From positions 354,144,001-354,208,000 of the forward strand of contig OZ024741.1 in assembly GCA_964016885.1 (NCBI GenBank): a stretch of 64,000 bases of DNA, given 5' to 3'. This DNA comes from Eledone cirrhosa (Eukaryota). Below the pieces are notes generated by a model that saw only the letters and a program-made list of their open reading frames with translations, was not told where the DNA came from and did no database searches. Numbering within the stretch: the stretch's first letter is position 1; every line of letters starts with the position of its first letter. Of this stretch, positions 53,767 through 64,000 are shown in pieces. A program made the position numbers and the translations under genes.

Positions 53767-55334
53767 CTACCAAAACAAAAAGAAATACAATAAAAGGTTG
53801 AATCAGTCAAGTTAATGTCTTCATATCATTCTAAAATATTTTCATTCATGCCATAAGTCAGTAATCTTTGCAAACAGTGTTCTCTCTTTGTATAGGTTAA
53901 TGACAGAGAAGTGTTGCAAGGCAGTACAAAACTGCTTTAGGCCCTGGGAATGAAGGAGATGATCTGCTCAAAATTTAAGGGGGCTGAAAGGTTTTCGTTG
54001 AGGGAAGAAGCATCAGATATTCATGGGCTCTTCCTTGACTTTGGGCTTATGTACCAGCTGTTTATATATCTTACATTATTTAAAGACATCATCATCATCA
54101 TCACCATCTAATATCTATTTTCCCTGCTAGTAAGGGTTGGACAAGTTGTAACAGACAATATCAGTACTTAACTGGAGCCACTAATCTCTCAGATATGTAA
54201 GCGAGATCAGGTCCTGGCCTATGTTCATTTTTATCATGGCATCAGCACTAGCGAGGTCATTACATCCCTAACACAACTGAACAGTCCTCGCTACCCTTTG
54301 TCTGATAAGGTTCCAATGGCTGATACCCTTCCTATCACCAACTACTTCACAGAATGTACTGGCTGCATTTTATCAAGTCACCAAAACTAGAGAGGTTGTT
54401 GTGCCGTTGACACATCTGAAGAAGCCTTAACAGAACTTCTAATCAATCAAGTTTTCAAACTTAAAACATGTTTAAATATTGTTTTATTTATAGGACACTG
54501 TGATTTCTTTCACAGATACAAGTACCACTTACACATCTCTCTTTTGTCATGAATAGATATACTGTTATTTTGTTTATACATAAATATGTTTCAGTGATAA
54601 CAATTATAAGAATAGTGATAATGGGTGATGGTAAAGGGATTGAATACAGACAGATTAAATGCCACACCGCACTGCACTGTGGTGTTGCACAGAGAACAGA
54701 TAGATGAGAGGATGTAGGGGTATAGCAGATAGGGCAATAGATGGAAATGAGGATATGGACTTAATAGGAGTGTACTGTGCAAGAAGCTATGCTTGCATGG
54801 GTGGGCAAGTCTTCTCCAGCATCACTTGTCACTAATCATTGTAGTACTTTGTCATTTTTGTCATAAGATCTATCTTCTTGAAGACAGCTTTCACCACATA
54901 CTCCCATGTTTTCCTGGGTTTCCCTCTTTCACAGGTTATATCCACTAACATACAGAAACACATTAATACAAATGAGAAAGCAAGAAATCGTTTATGTTGT
55001 TTTGAAAAGAGAGAAAGGGCAATGCCAGATATAGTGGGTGAGAATGTGTGTCAGTGTGTACATGCCTTCAAATTTTCTAAAGATTTATGGTAGCATAGAG
55101 AATATGTGCTTGAAAAAGGGATATGTTGGGAGTTGGTACACAAACCAAAAAGGTGAAATAATTAATAAGCTTAGTAAATCCCTCTCAGATCTTCATTAAT
55201 TAATTAAGAAACAGTGTATTTCATTAAAAATATGGTAATGAAAGAGTTAAATACTAACAAATATTAATGAAGCTTAGCTTCTGCAATCATATTAACAACT
55301 GATGTTTTCAACAATAGTAGCAAAAATTACTTAC

Positions 55335-55693
55335 TTTTCGCCACTGTAACTCAAACTAATGTTTGTATCTGGAAATGTTACTTCATCAGAATATTTGCTC
55401 CAACTGACAGATTTCTTTTTATTTTTATTATTAACTGAACCTGTTGAATCAGATTCCTCTTCATCAGCATCATCAGCATCAGCATCATCTTCATTTTTGG
55501 TCTGAAATTTGGCTACCTCTTCATCAACCTTAGTTTCATCTTCGCTGCCTTCACTCTGAGAATCTTCATCCATTGAGACTATTTTATCTTCATCTAGTTC
55601 AGTGACTTCAGGTGTATCCTTCAAGTCTGATGAATCTTCAATTTCCCGCACCTTCCGTTCACCAGTATGACGAAACACACTGCCTTCCTCCAG
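55335..55693 (-). CDS. NEMF: NEMF exon: LEEGSVFRHTGERKVR..acidic tract..FPDTNISLSYSGE
   Basis: RH.GERKVR and FPDT motifs; CAG/GTAAG. Confidence 0.93.
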
Positions 55694-56489
55694 CTGAAGA
55701 GGAGACAAAATTAACATTAGATATAAAGGGACAATTTCATCCTTTCAAGGTTGATAAAAAAAACAAGTACCAGTCCAATACTAAGGTTGATTATTCTTCT
55801 ATATCTCTTTCTCACTTCTTCTGTCAGGTTTAAAATGCCCCCTAAATGCCATATGACAATACATCTACACCACTCCACCAGGAGTTATGGTTCCTTACAT
55901 ACATAAACAGACAAATCATCATTTAACATCTATTTTCCAAATGTAAAGCAAAATGAAGAAAGTGAATATGACAAAGAAGGAAAAAAGTGATAAAATATGT
56001 AAAGTGTTAAGGGATATGATAGAAGTGAAAATTGTGGAGAAGTGAATGGAAAAGGAAATTGCAGAAAGAAACAGAGAAAGAAGAAGAGATGAGAGAAATG
56101 AAGAACAAAAGTCATCATCCTGCATTTACAATAAGATATACACAGGTCTCTGCAAACACATGCATATTTGTACACAACCATATAAGCCATAACCTACAGG
56201 CCACATCCCACAAGTCACAACCTACAAGTCACAACCTACAAACCACATCCTACAAACAACACCATATTAGCCACACTCTACAAACCTCACCCTACAGGCC
56301 ACACCCTATAGGCCACACCTTACAGCCCACACCTCAACAATCCACATCCTTCAGGCCACACACCCAATCCACACCCTACAGACCACACCCTGCATGTACC
56401 TATGTACAGACATATTTAACATGGCTCTTATTCTGAAATGATTTTCAAAAAGAAAAGTAAGAGGAAAAGAACTACATTGAAACACTCAC

Positions 56490-56548
56490 TTTGAAGAGCA
56501 AACCAAATCCATAGATAAGATATGATGGAGGTAGATAGTTCTTCTTTC
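56490..56548 (-). CDS. NEMF: NEMF exon: (G)KKNYLPPSYLIYGFGLLFK
   Basis: Homology to [29 protein letters not shown]. Confidence 0.95.
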
Positions 56549-56859
56549 CTAAATAAAACAAAAAATTAAAAAATAAAACTTCCTGAACACCTATGTGATG
56601 AGAACTCACACTATTATATTCCCTACCCTTGTCATGAGGTGCTGCTTCAGTTTACTGGAGTTTATCACTGTTGAGAAAGATACCCTTCACCTTGAATGAG
56701 ACAATCTATCACATTTTGTCTACAGCATTACAAGCTAATAAAACATGTTATCACTAAATATCTTAGTAAAAACCATAAAACATATATAGTTTATATTATT
56801 CACTAATCGGCTAGTAAATTAACAGACTCCATTAACTCAATCAACCACACTCTTCAATA

Positions 56860-57043
56860 CAGGGCTGGATTAAACATTAAGCAAAATAAGCCCACGTCTA
56901 GAGCATCAAGGAAAAAGGGATCCATTTTATTCAAATTAAATCTATTCGTCATTTAAAAAAAATATTTTTGAACATTTTATGGAGGTGGGGACAGCATAAT
57001 CTTTTAAATGTTTAAGGTTTCAAAAGGTCTTAATCTGACCCTG
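56860..57043. mobile_element. hAT MITE with perfect 8-bp TSD CTTCAATA
   Basis: CAGGGCTGGATTAA ... TTAATCTGACCCTG; TSD at 56852-56859 and 57044-57051. Confidence 0.88.
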
Positions 57044-58120
57044 CTTCAATAACATAACAGTAAACAAAGAGTACAACAGGATCAAATGTATTACCTGCCA
57101 TTCATATTTGATATGAACACAGGGGAAGATAATTCATTCTGGCGTTATCAACCAACACATCCAAAAATTATCCATATTTCACATAAAAAAGGAACTGCAA
57201 AATAAGACATTCTTATTTTACCAATAAAGGTTGTATTCAAGGCATTACAGATCATTTTAAACTGCAACACATGAACTTTAAATGGTTTCTAATTTTGGTA
57301 AGCTGAAAATTTTTAATTAACAGATTTTCCAAGCAATTATTAAATTCATTCGGGGAGGGGAGTTAAAATATAAAAACATAGAAGGGAGATAACTCCAATA
57401 AGATAAGTCGATGAAAATTTGGGGAGAATACAGTAAATGCAGATTGTGATCGTATTTTTTATTGTTTTTTTTTATTTTAAACACTCCTAGAGGAGGATTT
57501 TATCTAATTGCTTGGATAATCTCAGTTGATCGAAGCTTTTCAATTTATTACATTACGTCTGAGGCTACACTGTATTTAGACTGAAGCAATGTGTTTAATG
57601 TGTCTTGTCTATGTGTATAACACATTACATATGTGAGACTGTCTTGTCTATGTATAATAACATATCCCATTAGACTCTCTTGTATATGTGTATAACACAT
57701 TACATATGTGAGACTAAAGCATTTTGTCTATAGGTATAACACAATGAGGCAGACGAGAAAATCCTGGTATGTTAACATCAAGGACTGGACAATTCACAAC
57801 ACTATGACCCTACTACATATGATGGGAAATGGAGACCAGTGGTGATGAATAATTGTGAAAACATCTTGAGTGGCACCTCAGTGACTGGCTGCACCAGTTG
57901 CAGAAACTTGATGATGTTAACTCAAAAGCTGTAGATGGGTCTTTGCTTTTGTCTTTTAGCTATTTCAAACTTGAAAAGTTAAAGAATTCTAAATTCCTTC
58001 TTATATAATTTGGTTGTGACAAACACTCCTCCAACTTTAACCTCATTGCCAAGTACATCGTATTTTTTTTTTTTTAATTAGTAGACAGAGGATAAATTTA
58101 ATTTGTTGATGTTTACTCAC

Positions 58121-58291
58121 CTCTGATCATAAAACTACCCGTGGTAAGGTATTCTCCAGTTGGTGCAGTCTTTGAAACTTGGTCAGGATACACCCACCAA
58201 GCACTTGTGATGACTTTAGCATCCCAAGCAGCACTGTTACAAATAGCCATGCTTCCAGCTTCATTTAGTGTCTTTGGAGGAATAGGCTTCA
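58121..58291 (-). CDS. NEMF: NEMF exon (NFACT-R): [47 protein letters not shown]
   Basis: Near-identity to the NEMF NFACT-R sequence; CAG/GTGAGT. Confidence 0.97.
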
Positions 58292-58786
58292 CTGAATGGA
58301 AACAAAAAAATGAAAGTACAACACATGTTCTATCATTCAAATCATTATGATTCAAGAAAACAGTTAAACCCCCAAATATCTGCTAATTGCCTAAAAATCT
58401 CAAGTGAGACACTCTATGGAATATTGCTCCTATATCTAGAAAGGTTTTGCTATTACATATAAATATATATTACATATAAAAGCTTACTAGTAATTCAATT
58501 CCAGGTAAATGATAAACCATATTTTTTTAGAGGGTTTTAATACTAAAATGCTACATTTATTCAATTCGTTCCATTAACTTATACGAAGCCAGCCTGTTGG
58601 TTAACTAGTAAATTCAAAGCTGCAGTTAAATGCTAAAATGATCATTGAATTACTAATTTCTTACCACTAGTACTAAAAATCTACATTTAAAGTTCCACCT
58701 CTAGATAGGCACCTAATTCTTACATGTTAGGCAAGTAGTTTGTAATTTAGAAAAAAAAGAGGGGGAAATAATCAATAGAAATCTCA

Positions 58787-59355
58787 TCCTCATCATTTAA
58801 TGTCCATTCTCCCTGTTAGCAAGGGTTTAACAGGTCATCACAGATTGAACCAGCATTCAAGTGAAATTACTGATCACTCATATGGGCTGGGAGTGCCTGT
58901 ATCTCACTCACATACATTCTTGCACTCTACTAAGTGCTCAGACAGGCCGGGAGCCCACATCTCTTTTAAATACATTCCAACATTCTACCAAATGCATTTT
59001 ATCATTGCACCAGCACAAGGCAGGTTGTAATGTCTTTGACACAACTGAAGATTCCTCCCGACCCTTTGTTTGGTCTTCTATGGTTGGATGCCCTTCTTAT
59101 AGCCAACCACTTTACAGAGTGTACTGGGTGCCTTTATCATGTAGATTACCAATACTAAGAAGATTGTCATGTCTTTGACACACTTAAAGAGCCCTCCTGA
59201 CTCTTTCTTTTGGTAGGTCTTCTATTGCTGGATGCTCTTCCTATCAGCAACCATTTTACAAAGTGTACTGGGTGCCTTTAATGTGTAGATCACTAACACT
59301 AGGGAGTTTGCCATGTCATTGACACAGCCAAAGAGTCCTCCTGACCCTTTGTTTG
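58787..59355 (-). mobile_element. Family B-related retroposon with ~3 internal ~120-140-bp tandem units
   Basis: Repeats of TGTCTTTGACACA..GGATGC.CTTC.TA..CAACCA.TTTACA.AGTGTACTGGGTGC. Confidence 0.6.
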
Positions 59356-59401
59356 TCAGGGAATATCATGGAAATATTCTGTTATACTCAAAGTTCCATA
59401 C

Positions 59402-59464
59402 CAGTGTGATTCTTGATAACAACAGTGCTAGCACCATGTAGGTCTGCATGAACATAGATGTCTC
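59402..59464 (-). CDS. NEMF: NEMF exon: (G)[20 protein letters not shown]
   Basis: [11 protein letters not shown] motif; CAG/GTATG. Confidence 0.96.
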
Positions 59465-59657
59465 CTGGAAAAGAGAAGAAAAATGAATGAATGTATAAAT
59501 AAATAAATAAATAATGAAATGAAATATAATAAAATAAATAAATAAAAATGAATAATAAAAATTAAATGAAAATGAAAGAAACAAAGTAATACCATATTAT
59601 ATTTCAGAAAATAGAAATTAGATACAAATGTCCTTACTTGCTTGAATTATGGATTAA

Positions 59658-59878
59658 CCCTTTAGCATTTAAACCCGCCATATCCGACTAGAATTCTCTC
59701 ACCTCTTTCTGTTCAAACCAGCTGTAACTGGCCACTTATACTGATGTTAAGGTATTGTTCTCAAAATAAATAGTATCAAAATCTCATAGATTTGATATTA
59801 TGTGAGATAATTATGTGAGGTAAAGCCTTTACCGTGAAAATATAATAGTACCTATAGAGTAATGTAAATGCTAAAAGA
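59658..59878. mobile_element. piggyBac-type MITE, opposite orientation
   Basis: TTAA flanks; body is the reverse complement of 44889-45121. Confidence 0.85.
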
Positions 59879-61327
59879 TTAAGAAAACTTAACATGATCT
59901 ACCGAAAAGTCTTCTTTGCGTTTATTTTTGCTATTTTACATCTATATTTACCATGTTACAATATAACAGGTAAAGAACCCATAACTTCAGAAGAAAGTTG
60001 TAGGGGCACTGTTCTGACACACAGTGTGATTTGGGCATTTTAATCTTAATGAGGCCCATCTCTCTCCAGCTCGGAAAAACAGCCAATTTCTTCCACAGAG
60101 AGAAAGAGGGGAAGAATCCACCATAGTATTGAACTTGTATCAACCGCAAAAGAATGAAAGGCAAAGTTGACCTTGGTGAGATTTGAATTCAGAGTGCAGT
60201 GAACTGAAACAATTACCAAGGCATTTTTAATCTGATACCTTAACAACTCTACCAATTTGCCACCTTATGTTAAAATATATTGCTTGGTTTTTATCACAGA
60301 GATTGTTTTTACTTGATATTGCTTTTCATAAGTAGAATTTATTACCAATGATGCTGGGACTGGAAGAAATATATACATTGAACAGCAACCCCACAATGTT
60401 GCTCTATTAAGGCTTGAATTCATGATCATTTAGCCAATATCCCATAATCTTAATCTTATTGCCATAGTGACTAATAATAGGTAGCAAGTGATAAAGCTGA
60501 AATATAAACTGTTTTTTTTCTTGTACTCTCAAGTCCCAAATAATAGGAGGGGTTGGAATAAGCGGGGAAGTTTGAAAATTGCAAATTTTTCTAGATTGTT
60601 TCCATTGATTTTTTAAAAACCAGAATTAATCATTTGAGATCCCAACCCATCTTATTTATTTTCTAACGGATGGGATTTCTAATAATGTACTTTTTTCTCA
60701 TGTGTAATGTTTTTTAATGTATAAAGAAAATTAATTGTTGCAGGAATGCTACCACTTAAAATAAAATTTCAACGGAGATAGATTCGCAAAATGTAATAAT
60801 CAGGGGGTTTGGAAAAAATCTGCATAATTAATAAACAGGGAAGGGGAGGGGCAAGTATTCGAGACCCAAGAGTACTAAAAAGTAGGTCTAGATGAGACAT
60901 AAAGTCATCATCCTCCTTTAATGTCCATTTTCCTTGCTAGCAAGGGCTGAGTGGATCTTTATAGATCAAGTCAGTACTCAAATTGAGTTACTAACCTCTC
61001 AGATGGACTGGGGGCTCTTCATTTCACTTTCATAAGATCTCACACTCTACCAAGTGCATTTTATTATGACACTATCACTAAAGAGGTTGTTATGTCCTTG
61101 ACACAACTGAAGGGACCTCCTGACATCATCATCATCATCATTTAACATCCATCTTCCACGCTAGCATGGGTTAGACGGGTTTGTCCCACTTGAGGCAAGA
61201 TTGGTCAGATGACCATGTCTCACTCGTATAGGACTGTATCTGGCTGGTTTTCTATGGCTCGGTGCCTTTCCTAACATGTAGAGGAAAACTGAAAAATACT
61301 AACAGATCATATAAAAAGACAACAAAC

Positions 61328-61431
61328 CTGGCCTTAAATATTTCTTCACTAAAATCTCATTCTGTTGTTGATCTCTACCTCCAACAACAACATAATTCTC
61401 AGAACTGATGAACCAAAGGAACTTTTCAAAC
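61328..61431 (-). CDS. NEMF: NEMF exon: (W)[34 protein letters not shown]
   Basis: Near-identity to NEMF; AG/GT. Confidence 0.97.
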
Positions 61432-62619
61432 CTTTAAGAGAAATACATATGTTCTTTCACATAAGGAAACAAAAATGCAAACATAACACCAATTCTATGG
61501 GAAGAAGGGGTAGTTCTTAAACCCTGATATCATGTAATAAGAATTGTAAACCCTTTTGTTAATTGGCTCCCAATGAAGACTGACCTCTTGTAGTGTATCT
61601 AAGCCAGGCCAACCCAGCAAATCATATTCCAACCAAACTATAGGAACATTCAAGCTCAGAGTATCAAAACTAAGAAGCAGATTTAACAGAATGAAAGCTT
61701 ACCTCTCTCTACAGCACTCAGAGTTACAAACATAGATTTTTAAATAAATTATTTGCATTTATATAATATTGTTTAAATTATTAATTTTATCTTTTCATTT
61801 ATAGTTTCAGATTATGAAATCAAAAATTGCTCTGTGTTTTATAAATGTATAATTCTTAATTTCTTGTTAGTATATAAAGTCACAGATGAGGAATTCAGCC
61901 ATTTGACCACCTTCACAATCTTTTCAAAGGCAACAGTAATGTGCATGTATGATGTGAATTGTCTTTCTTCATAAATTAAAAGCTCAGGCTCTAAGGTTAC
62001 CACTATGTATGTGTGTATAGGTATTGATTATAAAGTTCTCAGTCTTATATACAATGAATTACAACAACAAAAACAAGCAATTTATGGCCATTTTCCCTGC
62101 TAATGCAAGAGTTAACCATGCAGGACCCATGATAGGTTTTATCTTGAGGTCATTTCTGAAACAATGTTTTACAGCAGAATGCCTTTCCTGTCACCAACCC
62201 TTTTAGTTGCCTTTTTATGAAATACAGTGCACCTATTCTAAAATGAATACACGGAGTGTGTACTGACTGTTACTGCAGCTGTTACCAATAGTTTATACTA
62301 ACAATTAGTATTTTAGGATGACTAATTTCAAATGATATTAGAAGTAACACTTTAAGAAACAGAAGCAATGTCCTCAGCAGCAGAAATGAACAGAAACTCA
62401 TTAACCTTTTTGTTCTAATGAAAAATACTATGGTTTTCAAATAATTTTGAAAATAATCAAAAAAGTGAAGGGATTTAGCAAAATAACTAACTTTTTCATT
62501 ATTATACTGGTGTATGGAATATGACTTAACAAAGGTTCTTACAGAGAATTATGATGGAACGCTTTCATACAAATATGAACACTTTAAAATAAACAGCTTT
62601 GTATCATAGAACCAAGATG

Positions 62620-62845
62620 GTTAGAATGTCTCAGGAAAGAATTGCTGGACAGATTTTATGGGCAAAACCAACTGGCAGGAGACCCAGGGGTAGACCCCAA
62701 GCAAGATGGTAGGATAACATCCATGAGCTTGACTGGTTTTGCTTGGGGATCCCGCTGGATCAGTTGGAAAAGGAAGCTTCTGACAGGACCTGCTGGAAGG
62801 AGTGTTTGACGACTCTGCCCCCACAACCCTCTCAGGAATAAGTGG
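62620..62845 (+). mobile_element. RTE LINE 3' end
   Basis: Matches 13670-13840 and 18190-18410. Confidence 0.82.
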
Positions 62846-63045
62846 ATGAAAAAGAAGATCATAGAACCAGAGACAGTTTCAGGCAGTTTAGTATCAAATG
62901 AGTTAAAGAATTCAAATGACAAATATTAAAAAGAGTATATGATGGAAATAAGAAGTTTCAACGAACAAACTAAAAGCAGGATGTTGAATTGATTTCTGTA
63001 CACAAATGTTACAACTATTATAAAACACTGAATTCATCAACATAC

Positions 63046-63134
63046 CAGTGTGTTTTTCTTGTTTTGTTAATTGTAGCTGCTGTGGCAACATCTTTCAATG
63101 TTTCTTTTGTTTTCCTCTCAGCAGATTTCAAAGC
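63046..63134 (-). CDS. NEMF: NEMF exon (most 5' in window): ALKSAERKTKETLKDVATAATINKTRKTH(W)
   Basis: Homology to AFKSAEKKTKQTLKEV..RKVYW; TAG/GTATG. Confidence 0.95.
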
Positions 63135-64000
63135 CTAAATTAATGAAATACACACACACATATATATATATAGTAATAATAATAAATGTGAAGACTAATA
63201 TACGTATAAGGTAAACAAGAATAACAAAACTAACAAAACAAACGATACAGTACATGGAAGGAAATATTAGTTTAATGCTTGAAATAGCAGGAAGAGGGTC
63301 TTAACTTTTCAGACACTAGACCTTCATAAGAAGAAAGAATGAGAAATTTAAAGAAGAAATAGAAAGATTGAGGAGACGGGTAGGGTGGAATAGGAAAAAT
63401 ATTTTTTTAAAGAAAAATAAGAGGTCCATTCATCTCTTATATATATAACCAAAAGAAGAGATTGTATCAAGTTCTTAATTCATTTAATGCTTTACAATTT
63501 ATCGGTGATGCCAGTTACTTAAAAGGATAAATTTATGTAGAACATGTATAAAGAAAAATAAAGAAAAAGAAAACATGACATTACCTCCTTAGAAGCAAAA
63601 ACAAGTGTAAAATAAAAAAATATATATTGAGGTAAAGCCCTGTAAGGCGACTATATACTACTTTGTAAACATACTTGATGTAACAAAACTTATCTCCCTT
63701 GAGCAAAGTCATTTAGTAAACAATAATAATTTTCCCCTTCAGTTTTCTTTATAATAAATGTCCCATAAGATTACTATATCACCATTAAAACCCCTTCATT
63801 TTCGATATATGTAGCATATTTGGGGGGGGGGGGGGGGGTTTACACAAACATACCCTTATTATAAAGTGGTTGCATAGGTGTCACGACAAAAATCACTAAG
63901 CTCATACTGTAAAGCGTTGTGTTGCTGACACAAGAAAAAGTGCCCAGCCCACACTGTAAACTAGTCGTGTAAGGGTCAAAATAAAAAGTGCTCAGTCCAC

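Noticed and set aside
63580-63605. Possible further NEMF exon ending at a GTAATG donor
   Set aside because: No open NEMF-like frame or suitable acceptor upstream

Overview
AT-rich, repeat-dense animal genomic DNA. The SINE/LINE complement and microsatellite load suggest a cephalopod (octopus-like), which is an inference. The only host gene I can support is the 3' part of NEMF (ribosome quality-control subunit, Rqc2/Caliban homologue) on the minus strand. It has 18 GT-AG exons from 63134 down to 24386, 1815 nt with consistent phases, giving 604 aa plus stop; its 5' part lies beyond the window end. Its last intron (~15 kb) holds an ~8 kb 26-bp minisatellite. Positions 1-4.4 kb are another 26-bp minisatellite. 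The rest is TE debris: tRNA-derived SINEs, Rex3/Expander-like RTE LINEs, CRE-like and R4-like LINE ends, mariner, piggyBac with its MITEs, and hAT MITEs. The most striking object is an ~880-bp non-coding insertion at 9121-10001. It is flanked by a 14-bp target-site duplication and built as a perfect 385-bp inverted repeat with a 34-nt terminal redundancy. Each arm carries an intact minimal type I hammerhead ribozyme, consistent with a young Penelope-like/retrozyme non-autonomous element. Most ORFs in the supplied track are spurious.
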